The position numbers and the translations under genes were made by a program. A DNA stretch of 63,937 nt, filler included, from Octopus bimaculoides (Eukaryota), in the NCBI RefSeq assembly GCF_001194135.2. It is 7 parts of 6 records of this genome, joined end to end, with 100 filler letters (N's around TTAATTAATTAA, not from the genome) between each part and the next. Parts side by side here need not be neighbours in the genome. Positions count along the whole stretch, not along the records: positions 50,287 to 52,896 come from NC_068992.1; positions 52,997 to 55,579 come from NC_068986.1; positions 55,680 to 62,822 come from NC_068999.1; positions 62,923 to 63,937 come from NC_068982.1; 3 more parts are not named here. The stretch is one strand, 5' to 3'. The notes beneath the pieces are model-generated. The model was given only the letters and a program-made list of their open reading frames with translations, had not been told where the DNA came from and searched no databases. How positions within the stretch are numbered: the first letter of the stretch is position 1; each line of letters starts with the position of its first letter. Shown here piece after piece: positions 51,932-63,937 of this stretch.

Positions 51932-52260
51932 ACTTATGATCACGAATGTTGGGCAATGACTGAAAGGGTAGGATCTCGAATAGAAACGGACGAAATGGGG
52001 CTCTTCGGTGCATAGCTTGGCGATCAAAGAGACCCCCACCCCCCACCCCGGTTGAAATGCAACTTCTCTGCATTGAGGATTCACGGCTCCGGTACTATGG
52101 ACATAATTAGAATGTCGCTCAAAAATCTCTCATTACAGATTCTTCGAGCCGAGACAACTACCTAAAGGTAGAAGTGGTTGGACAATATCCAGCTGGAAAG
52201 TATAATGATAGTTGCTTCTGATAGGAACCTATGGAGTAGGTACCTGAGGGTTCTATCCCT
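51932..52260 (+). mobile_element. RTE-clade LINE ORF C-terminal remnant
   Basis: Translation TYDHECWAMTERVGSRIETDEMG...LCIEDSRLRYYGH...ASDRNLW resembles RTE C-terminal motifs (ExW...RIQAxEM, RLRWxGH, AxDRxxW). It contains stops and frameshifts. Confidence 0.7.
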
Positions 52261-52808
52261 ACATTTGGCAGGCGACCGAGGGTTAGATGAGGGACGAGAT
52301 GGCTGGATAATGTCCCTAGTCTCAGATGGTCACGTTTGGGAATCCAACCGGAAAACCTAATGATGGATGCTTCTGATTGGACCCTATGGAGGAGACGCTT
52401 GAGGACTCTACCACGACCCTCCAACGAATATTGGGCAGAGAAAATGGCTGGCTAGAAGCAATGTTATTTTGAACATCAAAAATATATCCTTGTATGCAGA
52501 GAGACATGTAAACACCTTCTTTCCGTATATATAATAACCGTTGTTGATAGAATGGGTTTGCTTCGATCCTATGTTGGCACTTCATCACGATCTGAGTACC
52601 CTCATTATTATCCATAGAGACACTGTTATAAACTGACTGTTATTGAGGACTTAAACAAATTTGATAGTCTGATTTGCATTAGGAGTGCATTCTTTTCAGC
52701 TAATTGTTCAATTACTTACTTATTGGTTCATTCGCAGGAATTTGACTCACTGTTATCACAGTACTATAGAGTTTATCCATAGATATTTTATCAAATTCTT
52801 TATATTTG

Positions 52809-52896
<88 letters not shown>

Positions 52897-53044
52897 NNNN
52901 NNNNNNNNNNNNNNNNNNNNNNNNNNNNNNNNNNNNNNNNTTAATTAATTAANNNNNNNNNNNNNNNNNNNNNNNNNNNNNNNNNNNNNNNNNNNNCACA
53001 CACACACACACACACACACACGCACATATATATATACATACATG

Positions 53045-53200
53045 ACGGTCTTCTTTCAGTTTACGTCCGCCAAATCCACTCACAATGCTTCGGTCGGCCC
53101 GAGGCTATAGTAGAAGACACTTTCCCAAGGTACCACGCAGTGGGACTGAACCCGGAAACATGCTTCGAAAGCAAACTACTTACCATACAGCCACACCTGC
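53045..53200 (-). mobile_element. Family B SINE head
   Basis: Matches the reverse complement of the family B head. Confidence 0.8.
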
Positions 53201-55714
53201 CCCTATTTCTTAAATTTGTTTGTCCAATTTTCCAAAACAGTAGCACCCATCAGTAAGCGAAAACTAATTTACGTCTATCTGTATGTTTTGACATGTGTAT
53301 ATGCGTATATACATGTATGAATGGATATGGTATAAATGCGTGCCTGTATATATGTTTTTAAGTTCTTTTGAGTTTTAATTATTTAAATTATTTCTGTTAA
53401 ATGGAGCTGGTTTTAAAAAAAAAACATAAAAAGCGCCATTGTTGGTATGTAGAGAATAGAAATAGTCACATTATGAACATGAGTAAAGTCTTGCACATTT
53501 TTATTTTTCTGCTTACAGATTTTATTTGTAATCTGTGCGTTAAATAGCTGATTTATTTTTATGATAAACCAAACCTTTTCACATTTCGCTTCGGCATTTA
53601 CGAACAAAGTGCTCAAATTATTATTATTGAGTGTGTATATATGCACATATATACATTTATATGTTTGATGTTATTGAGATTTTTTTCAGTGCTTCTTAAC
53701 AAAATACACGCAGGTCTCTAACAAATTGAGAGAGCTCAAGACGTGTGTGTATATGGGAGTGAGGTAACGCTTGTGTATATATGTAGGAGTATGTGTGTAC
53801 ATACTTGCATTCACGTATTGACTGTCCATCTCTGTTTAATACACATATGTGTGATTATCGGTGCTTTATATATATATATACATGTTCAACACATGCACAT
53901 ATGCGATTGCGTGAATATATTTATTCCTATTAAATAGAAAAGCATTGAAATATTTTACGTGTATGTACGTGTATTTGTATGTATATGTATGTATGCGTGT
54001 GTGTATGCATACGTGTATATATGTACCTGCATAAATGCTTTCCCATGTGTATATATGCGTGTGTGTGTGTGTGTATGTATTTATGTATGTGTGTGTGTGT
54101 GCACGTGTCCGTGTAGCTGTATGCATGTATGCATGCTTATATGCATGTATGCATGCTTATATGCATATATGCAGGCACGTAACCTTTGTTTTTGAAACTG
54201 CTTGAATAATTCTTATCCGTTGGTTTTTGTATTTAGCAGAGAAACAAAGCTCCGTTGCTGTTATTTCGATAACAACATCAATAAAGAAATACATGTTGAA
54301 TTTTAGAAAATTCTTGCATACGTTTCAATGTTTACCTTCCTGATTAAATATGCAAAGTGCGTGTTAGCTGATTATTTTGTTTAACTGAAAACACCAACTA
54401 TTCGAGATTGCTACTTAAACACACAATAGCATCAGGAAGTGCATCGATGATTATGCAAATTTTAAATCTCGGAAGAGAAGGCGTATGTTGTGATGTGGCT
54501 CTCCGTAAATATTATCTTTCTAACAGGTTTTAAAAGAACACTTCATTTCTAAACGCATAGTCTTTAATGTGTGATGTTTTGTAACCGTCATGCTTCCAAA
54601 AGACACTTTGTGTCAATATTAGATATTATAGTGAAAGGTGTATTCATGGGTATGTACCCTCATATTAATTGTGTGTTCGTATGCAGGGTATTTTCCTTGT
54701 AGAGCTTTGTGGAATGTAAGTTATTTCAAAAATTTGGTTGAGCATCTCTTCGAAGCTTTGATCGTCGAGAAGAAATTGTTCTCATCGTTTAACATTTTAT
54801 CTTTTCATTGTTCGCGGCTGACATTTTGTTCCTGATATTCTTCCGCATAAATAGCTGGTGTTTTACGATTTTCAAGGGTTATCTAGACTGAAGAAATAGC
54901 ACTCAGAATTTCAATCGAGAGTTTTCGAGTTTTCGATGAGAGATGTACTACTATTTATAATGCTATCCGACCGTCGTTCATATCGAATACTGGAATGTTT
55001 ATTTACTAATTGATAATATAAATGTTGGCTTCTTGGTTGGCTGCTTAATTTCTCCAGTCCCCATTGGCATTGCATGTGTATGTAGAGAGACTGTGACAGA
55101 TTGCAAAAGAGAGATACAGAGGGAGTCAACATGGGAGTGCAAAATGAATTCACATACTAGGCTTGGTGACCAATATCAAAGGAACAGAACGCACAAACGC
55201 GGAGGGGGGAAGAAGGAATCACAGAAGCAGAGATAACAGAAAAGGAGGAAGAGATGAGGAAGAGGGGGTAAATGACAGAGCAATTATTATATTTTTTTTT
55301 GTAGAAGATACGTTTTTATTTCATCATTCCAAGTAAACACGAAGAAATTTGATAATGGTTACGTTGTAAATATTGTATATATAGCGTATTTCTTGAATAA
55401 TGTTTTTCTTGTGTAACGTATTTCGTATATCATCCAAGGTGGTAAAAGCGTTCTTCCAACGATACCCGTCATTTTATAAGTAATACTTGTTTATAATAAT
55501 TCAGCTTTTATTTGGTTGCATTCAGGAAGTTTATTGGCAAATTGAATTTTCGTTCAGAAAAATGAAAAAAAAAAATAATNNNNNNNNNNNNNNNNNNNNN
55601 NNNNNNNNNNNNNNNNNNNNNNNTTAATTAATTAANNNNNNNNNNNNNNNNNNNNNNNNNNNNNNNNNNNNNNNNNNNNTATATACGTAACTTATATATA
55701 TAGGAGAATTCACA

Positions 55715-55870
55715 AAAAAAACAAAAGGCGAAGACAGCTGGTGTAGAAAACAAAGAGATGTATTAAAATTACGCTGGAGACTTGAAAGAAGTCTTAAACG
55801 TTTCGAGCCTACGCTCTTCCACAGAAAGTTACACAGAAAGAAACAAGGAGAGAAACAAGGAGAGTAAAAA
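55715..55870 (-). mobile_element. Penelope-like terminal repeat with hammerhead motif (55793-55828)
   Basis: rc CTGTGGA-A-GAGC-GTAG-GCTC-GAAA-CGT. Stem II is a perfect 4 bp and the core has an A6>U change. Confidence 0.6.
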
Positions 55871-56015
55871 AAAATATGTGTAGTGGTCAGCGATCGACTG
55901 TGCCGATATATGTATATATATATGTATATTATATTTATATATATATATTTTATATTTATATATATATATGCACACACATCTTGCCGTTAGTCTGTTTCTC
56001 TCTCTTTCTCGCTGT

Positions 56016-56046
<31 letters not shown>

Positions 56047-56892
56047 AGAGACCAATCTAATTTCTCTCTGAATACGTTCGGCATAGTTTTACATCACTGA
56101 TACGGAACTATAATTTTCGCAGTAAATATAACTTGTAGTTCATCAAGTTTAAGTGCTGAGATGAACATCTCCGAGGGATATAAATTGGTGAGGCCAATTA
56201 AGCGGAGACGCAATGTGCATGAAGGATAACGGTGAAGTTCGTACCGTTATACTTTACATTAGAATAAGATGTAAAACACTAATTAATAATATGTATGCGA
56301 TGTTTTCTCTTTACCACTTAGCTGTCATTAATTAATTGGATTGATTGGATTACTTTTACTCACTACATTTAACAATTTAGCCGAAATATTCATTGTTATG
56401 CGAGGCAAAATCAATCGGACGCGATAGGATAATTTAAACTTTTTTTTAATAAACTCGTTCAGTGCAGACAGAATAATTTTCTGATATTTATGTCCGAGTG
56501 ACTTCGGTTAAACGTCAGAGTTTCTTTTTGATTATTCTTACCCGGCTTGCATTCCCTGGGAGAGGTATCTACTCAATTGCTTTTCTTTATAAACAGACAC
56601 TCAATATTGCAAAATTCATACCCTACAATCCACCAACGTCTTTTAAAATATACATTGTTTTTTTTTGTTTTTTTCAATTGACGGAGATACTTGTAAGTTC
56701 GACGTATAATTGACGAAGTATTCGTAAAGCGCTTCTAAGTTTAAGTTCATTCAAAGGCCATAGTTTGACTCGATAAATGGCAAGACTGGCTAACTGAATT
56801 TAGTAGACTCTCCCCAGCAGACTCTTCAGCAGAAAATTTGCAGCATTTCCATCGATTAAATAACTTCCATAATATGTTGAAAGAACAAAGGC

Positions 56893-57015
56893 AGCGGGCT
56901 GGCAGAAAAGTTGGCACGCCGGGCGAAATGCTTAGCAGTATTTCAGCTGTCTGTACGTTCTGAGTTCAAATTCCACCGAGGTCGACTGTGCCTTTCATCC
57001 TTTCGGGGTCGATGA
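56893..57015 (+). mobile_element. Family A SINE 5' half (ends in a gap)
   Basis: Consensus match. Confidence 0.8.
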
Positions 57016-57501
57016 NNNNNNNNNNGGACGTGTATATTTATATATGCGAGTATGTGTGTGTGTGTGTGTGTGTGTATGTGTGTGTGTGTGTATGCGTGTG
57101 TGTATGCATGCATGCATATTTCTTGTAACATTAAGAAGCGTTGCACGGTGTCAGGAATTTCGACTTGAGACAAATGGATGAAACTTTTCCGAATAGTTTC
57201 TAGATTATCCGCATAAATAATGTGAAGCCGGTTAATTTGTATTGGCACCAAGTCATATTAGTAGTGATAATGAAGTCAAACCAAATAGCGATATGTTGAA
57301 ATAATTTAATACTTAGGTTCCAGGTTTGCGTGAATACATTATAAGAAATGCATCAATTACGTAAACCTTCCTCGGTTAAATCATGCCTATAAATATATAT
57401 TGGTCGGGGTGAAAAGTTCAAAGGAAGCTGATCAGACCTTTTGAGAATGAAGAGTTCAAATGTAGTCTTTGGACATACGGTTTTGGATGATAAATCTTTT
57501 A

Positions 57502-57533
<32 letters not shown>

Positions 57534-58651
57534 NNNNNNNNNNNNNNNNNNNNNNNNNNNNNNNNNNNNNNNNNNNNNNNNNNNNNNNNNNNNNNNNNNN
57601 NNNNNNNNNNNNNNNNNNNNNNNNNNNNNNNNNNNNNNNNNNNNNNNNNNNNNNNNNNNNNNNNNNNNNNNNNNNNNNNNNNNNNNNNNNNNNNNNNNNN
57701 NNNNNNNNNNNNNNNNNNNNNNNNNNNNNNNNNNNNNNNNNNNNNNNNNNNNNNNNNNNNNNNNNNNNNNNNNNNNNNNNNNNNNNNNNNNNNNNNNNNN
57801 NNNNNNNNNNNNNNNNNNNNNNNNNNNNNNNNNNNNNNNNNNNNNNNNNNNNNNNNNNNNNNNNNNNNNNNNNNNNNNNNNNNNNNNNNNNNNNNNNNNN
57901 NNNNNNNNNNNNNNNNNNNNNNNNNNNNNNNNNNNNNNNNNNNNNNNNNNNNNNNNNNNNTATACATAAACACAGACCACATAAATACACTAAACACAGA
58001 GACACATCAGGAATACACACACGCACACACATACACATGATATATATTTTTCTCCAATGTTTCATGTGTACTGCGTAGGTGTTGAGTATGAAGTAAAAAG
58101 AAATTGTCTTCGACTATGTATGTTTTCGCTGGCTCTTTCTTTCACTATGTTGCTGCTGTTCGCTGCAGTTCTGAAATTGCCAAGAGCGTTCCATGTCATT
58201 TATTATCTCATAGAATTTATCATTTGAACTATTCTTTGAAAAACACCATTTATTTACGTAGAAATTTCGTAATCATCATCATCATCATCATCATCATCAT
58301 AATCATTTTCATCATCATCATCATCGTTATCATTATTATCATCATCGTCTTCATCAACACCACAGAGTCACCAGCACCACTACCACCACCATCATATATA
58401 ACAACATAATTACCAGTATAATTATCATAGTCATCATCAGAGGCCACGTTGTTTCGTCGACGTCGTCTTAATCGTCATCGCTGTGGTGGGATTCATCTTC
58501 GAATTCCTCGTCTTCGCAGTTTCCTCATCGTCATTGTCTCCGACCTCGACATCAAAGTGGTTGTTATCATATTCATTCTTTTATAATTTTAATGGTTTCA
58601 TCATAGAACTTCGTCCATGCTGGAGCACTACCTTGATTTATTTTCAATCAG

Positions 58652-58867
58652 ATTTGTTTTTATGACCGAAAAGAAAAAGTATCATACTCAGTAACAAAAC
58701 ATGTAAAGGAATATCTAAGTGAATTCCAAATACAACAAGTTCCAGAATTAGACGAACTAGAAACAAACACAGAAAAAGCTAAGCGTATGAAAACCCGTGC
58801 TAAAACTGCTGCCTTAGATATTCTTAGCGATGAGACAAGTATAGATAGCTGCTATGCTTGGAGTTAA
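58652..58867 (+). mobile_element. Open 71-codon fragment, probably non-LTR retrotransposon (R4/Dong-like) ORF remnant
   Basis: ICFYDRKEKVSYSVTKHVKEYLSEFQIQQVPELDELETNTEKAKRMKTRAKTAALDILSDETSIDSCYAWS*. It recalls the post-RT region of RLE-type elements. Unverified. Confidence 0.45.
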
Positions 58868-59889
58868 TTCGCTCTTATCAAACTAATCTTCTCAAAATGG
58901 CCGTAAATATTCCGACGCAAAAATTCGGACCTCGCAAATACAAGAACAAACGGACATTTGAGTGTTTAACCAACACATTAAACAAATGGACAATGTGTTA
59001 GCTGCTTAGACTTTTTTTTTTACAAATTACGTTACATTAAAGAAGTGATATTGAACCAGTGTGTGTATCATTATTGTTGACATAATGACCGTCCCAAGAC
59101 ATAACTTAAAAGTTATTTTTAATTTGTTGAAATCTTTCTGTAATGATAGAGCTGGTGTCTGGCAACGTTACAACGATCAATTGTTCGAGCATTTAAAAAA
59201 AAAGCGCTTTCAGCTTTGCATTTCACTTTTTGCGATTTTGACAAAGTACGTACCAGTCACGTACGAAGGTCGATGTAATCAACTTACTCTCCTCCCCTCC
59301 AAATTGCTGGCGTTCTGCCAAAATTAGAATGCTTTTTATATGTAAATGTATTCTTACGCCCTAATTCCATAACTATAAATATATCACGGAGGGGAAAGAC
59401 ACCACTGTCTCGCATCATAAAACTGCTAAACCCGCGCCGAACTTGGACTGGATTTAAACAAACAACAGCAGCATATAATTGGTAATATGATCATTTTCGG
59501 CTCTCCACATCTTAATGGTGTATTCTATTACAGACAGAATTGTATTTCATCTGCCTTTCTCGGAACCTCAGTAATTACTGTCAGATTAATGTGATTAGAT
59601 GACTCTCGTTTGTAGCACGATATTTTGACCCCTTTCAAATTATTATTCCCCTAATTATAGCATGTTTCACAAGGTAATATCGTGCCAACATTCAAGGGAT
59701 ATCGAAATTGCGTGAAGAACGTGAGCTAATCACAACAGCACTAATTCATTAAATAGGGAAACGATTGGGTGTCTACAATATCACATTAAGCTGGTCTAAA
59801 TCGATATTAAATACATACAGACACACACACATATATATACACACACAGACACACACACACACATACACACACACATACACACACATATA

Positions 59890-60111
59890 CATGAGGGTAT
59901 GCTGAAAAGTTCTTGGCTTCGGTTAAAAGAAAATACAGTAAGTTCATTTAAATATGATTTTATTCTACATTATCACACGTCTCAGATTCACACACATATT
60001 GCAGCGGTCCTTCAGGTTTTCAAAGCCTTCGAAAGGAACTTGGAAGTTTGGGCCTTCAGCCAGGCCTTTCCCGATACTCTTATAGCCAGGAACTTTTCAT
60101 TGGCCTTCATG
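59890..60111. mobile_element. Mariner-type MITE, copy 2
   Basis: TA-flanked. TIRs gctgaaaagttcttggct / agccaggaacttttca. Collinear with 40133-40344. Confidence 0.8.
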
Positions 60112-60934
60112 TATATATCTATATATACACATACGCGCGCACACGAACACGCACGCACACACACAACACACACATATATACATCTTGCAAAATTTTCAAT
60201 ACTTTTGACTCTCAAAACGTTTTCGAAACGAAACTGGATCTGCTCCTATCAAAGTTTGCGGATGAATATACGTCGTTGAAAGAAACGCAGATGGAGGCAG
60301 CAACGTCAAACGCCCTCATTAACCAAATTACATACATCAGAGATGGTTTCCTGAAAGTATAGCAAGGCAAACGGTGGAGAACTGGAGCTGAGACTAGAAA
60401 AAAGAAATAGACAACATATTTTATATCTCACTCCTCTTGAATTTTCTAAAACATTTTATACACTCAACCGTTCAGATTCTACCGCATTTTCAGGAGATGC
60501 AGCGTGTTTTTAAACTCCACTCAATTACTGTTTTTTCATAGTCTTACACCCGGCGAAGATGTTACCGTGATTACCGTTCGATTATTGGAATAATTATTGA
60601 TACCTATATATATGTATGTATAGGTATAAATATGCATATGTTCATATATATGTACATAGATATAAGCCCGTGTATATCTAATTATATTAACTATGTAATA
60701 TATATATATATNNNNNNNNNNNNNNNNNNNNNNNNNNNNNNNNNNNNNNNNNNNNNNNNNNNNNNNNNNNNNNNNNNNNNNNNNNNNNNNNNNNNNNNNN
60801 NNNNNNNNNNNNNNNNNNNNNNNNNNNNNNNNNNNNNNNNNNNNNNNNNNNNNNNNNNNNNNNNNNNNNNNNNNNNNNNNNNNNNNNNNNNNNNNNNNNN
60901 NNNNNNNNNNNNNNNNNNNNNNNNNNNNNNNNNN

Positions 60935-60984
<50 letters not shown>

Positions 60985-61554
60985 CCATATATATATTTAT
61001 ATATACATAAATATATATACATATACAAGCACACCTGCATACATACATATATATCTTAATATATATATATATACAGACACACGAACATACCGAGGAAAAT
61101 ACACAGCTATAGGGACACATCAAAAAAAATATATGTTACTAAAAATACTAAAAATATTAACCCTCTCACCAAACTGTTCATCCTAATTAGATAGTGCTGA
61201 TGACAGGCCATTAAATCCAAACAATCAAATATATTATCGAAAGCGAATAATGACAGGAGACGTTTTGAGGCCTATTCGCTTTAATCTCTGTACACTTTAA
61301 TATTTGTTTAATTTCGCTTTTTTGTCCTTTAGATACTGGATAAAAGAGAATAGCTTATGAATTGAATCTATTTTTAAATATGTTCGTTGGTTTCCACGAG
61401 TCGATGTTTCACTCCATCACTTTAATATCTCTATTTTTGAACTGTAAGACATATATTTCTGAAAGGTTTATCTTGATATAAAAATAAGATATACAATTGT
61501 ATATCTATATCAACATCTCTATGTGTGAATTATGTTATGTATATTCTCTCCCTC

Positions 61555-61576
61555 AATCTATCTATCTATCTATCTG

Positions 61577-61641
<65 letters not shown>

Positions 61642-61754
61642 ATATATATATATCTATTTATCTATCTTCTCTATCTACCTACACGAAAATATATATAATG
61701 TATCAAACACACACATTATTTATATATATTTATGAGAGAAAGAGAGAGAGAGAA

Positions 61755-61801
<47 letters not shown>

Positions 61802-61900
61802 GAGAGGGAGAGATGGTGGAAAGAGATAGTGGACAAACGGGGAGTGGGGGAAACAGAGGGCGGAGAAACAGAGAGAGAGAGACAGAGAGAGAGAGAGAGA
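61555..61900 (+). repeat. (CTAT)n and (AG)n microsatellites
   Basis: Direct reading of the sequence. Confidence 0.95.
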
Positions 61901-62006
61901 CATACAGGCATATAGAAATATATGTTTTCACATACACACTAATATTTATATACATACATACTTCTATACAAATATGTATGTATATATGGACATATATGTA
62001 AACCGT

Positions 62007-62038
<32 letters not shown>

Positions 62039-62048
62039 NNNNNNNNNN

Positions 62049-62081
<33 letters not shown>

Positions 62082-62939
62082 ATATATATATGAATATAGA
62101 TCTAAATATATGTAAATACGGATATCTACACATATATGTATGTGTGTATACGCATGAATAGATATGTGTGTATATATGCATTCATGTATGTATATGTATG
62201 TATATATATATATTTCCCAGTAGATACTAATATTGTGTAAGTAGGTGTTTATATTTAAGTACATTTTACACACTCACATACACACACAGAAACACACACA
62301 TACATATGTTATAAATCTGAGTGCTTCTCCTCGTCGCTGTGTGCTTGTTTGTGTTTGTATGCGTGCGTATATATCTATCTGAACACAAAACGTTAGGTTC
62401 GTAAAGCGACATTTTAGTTTGATAATATGATATTTAGGATTCTAATTCTTACACCAATAAATATCCATTGTTTATATTTCAATGAATTATTTCCTCTATA
62501 ATAAACATTACAGAGAGTGAAACAAAGCAAGCAACCTTTGATAAATGAACCGTCAACAATAGTGTTAGCTCTTTATTAGATGGATTCAGTTATTAATACT
62601 ACACGGTGTATGATATCACGTTGGCCGCTTATATCCTTTTCGAAATCTAAAATAATTATAACGTATAAAAACATAAAAATAACACAAGCTTCGTCATTTA
62701 GGAGAGAAACTATGAATAATCTATAATAATGTATGTGAGAATATACATGTATTCATAGGTCTGCATATACATACATGCATACATACAGATATACATATAT
62801 ATATATACATATATATATATATNNNNNNNNNNNNNNNNNNNNNNNNNNNNNNNNNNNNNNNNNNNNTTAATTAATTAANNNNNNNNNNNNNNNNNNNNNN
62901 NNNNNNNNNNNNNNNNNNNNNNATATATATTTATGTTTG

Positions 62940-63170
62940 TGTGTCTTTGTGTCTATGCTTGTCCTCTCCCCACCATCACTTGACAACTGAAGTTGGTGTG
63001 TTTGCGTCCCTGTAACTTAGAGAGAGGTTCGGTTAAAATTAACCGATTGAATAAGTACTAGGCTTACAAAGAATAAGTCCTGGGGTCGGTTTCTTGGTCT
63101 AAAAACAAACCTTTTAAGGCGGTGCTCCAGTATGGCTGCAGTCGATTGACTGAAACAAGAAAAATAAAAG
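62940..63170 (+). mobile_element. Family B SINE tail
   Basis: Consensus match. Confidence 0.8.
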
Positions 63171-63869
63171 AATACCCCCCCCCCCACACACACATACACA
63201 CATACACATACACACACATATATGCACACACGTATATATATATATAGAGAGAGAGAGGGGGGCGAGAGAAAAGCTAAATAACAAGTGAGAGAGAGAGGGA
63301 GAGAGAAAAAAGCGAGAGAGAGAATCGGCCGAACAGACAGACAAATATGTTGGTATATAAGAGTGGTGAGGAAAAGAAGCGATGAGCGATGTACGATCAC
63401 TGGCCACGCCTTCTTTTTAACATATCTCTATTTTCATTGGCTGTTTGCGACTATGTCAATATTTAACCTAACTTGTTTGATGTATGGCGTTTGCTGGGTT
63501 CATTAATGAAGCGACCGAGTCAGCGTTAGTCTTTTTTTCTTTCCTTTTTTTCCTTCGCTTTAATTCGCACACACAACTAATATAAACACTATGCAACAAG
63601 TGCTAACGAGAGAGCCTCTATGAGGTCTCTCAGTTTGCTAGAAAATACAGTCGTATTCTCTTTAAATCGCACGGCACCGTTTTAAACGCAGGGGGACTCA
63701 TTTCGATAGTATATTTCTCTATAGCCCGGAAAATACGAGGATAGTATCACAGAAAGGTCCGTATCTTTTACATTTCACTGCGGCCATACTGGAGCATGTA
63801 AAAATATTTACAGAATTATTTACGAAGTACCACAAAACTCACTTTATCTGGAAGTCTGTTTTCAATACG

Positions 63870-63937
<68 letters not shown>

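Noticed and set aside
54703-54715. 13-nt micro-exon with good AG and GTAAGT signals
   Set aside because: It is frame-shifting, has no identifiable host gene, and lies several spacers away from MBOAT7.

Overview
This is AT-rich, repeat-dense eukaryotic DNA with many N gaps. The SINE families and microsatellite load point to a coleoid cephalopod, probably Octopus (inference, not verified). Six identical 100-bp spacers (44 N + TTAATTAATTAA + 44 N) split the window into seven separately assembled pieces. The only host gene I can support is two internal coding exons of an MBOAT7/LPIAT1-like lysophospholipid acyltransferase on + (19147-19273, 34318-34468), separated by a 15-kb intron. They lie in a CpG-depleted piece (16248-38981) whose limits match two spacers. 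The rest is tRNA-derived SINEs, maT/mariner, piggyBac, Tigger-like and Merlin-like DNA transposon remnants, LINE fragments and simple repeats. Almost all ORFs in the supplied track are microsatellite or N artefacts. Two observations stand out. (1) Several fold-back elements carry minimal type-I hammerhead ribozyme motifs of the Penelope kind in their arms; one of these, with intact cores, lies in the MBOAT7 intron. (2) A 2-copy MITE family has GGATCT termini, perfect 8-bp target-site duplications, nested inverted repeats and a core of telomeric TTAGGG repeats. SINE and LINE boundaries are approximate, and all homology calls are from memory with no search run.
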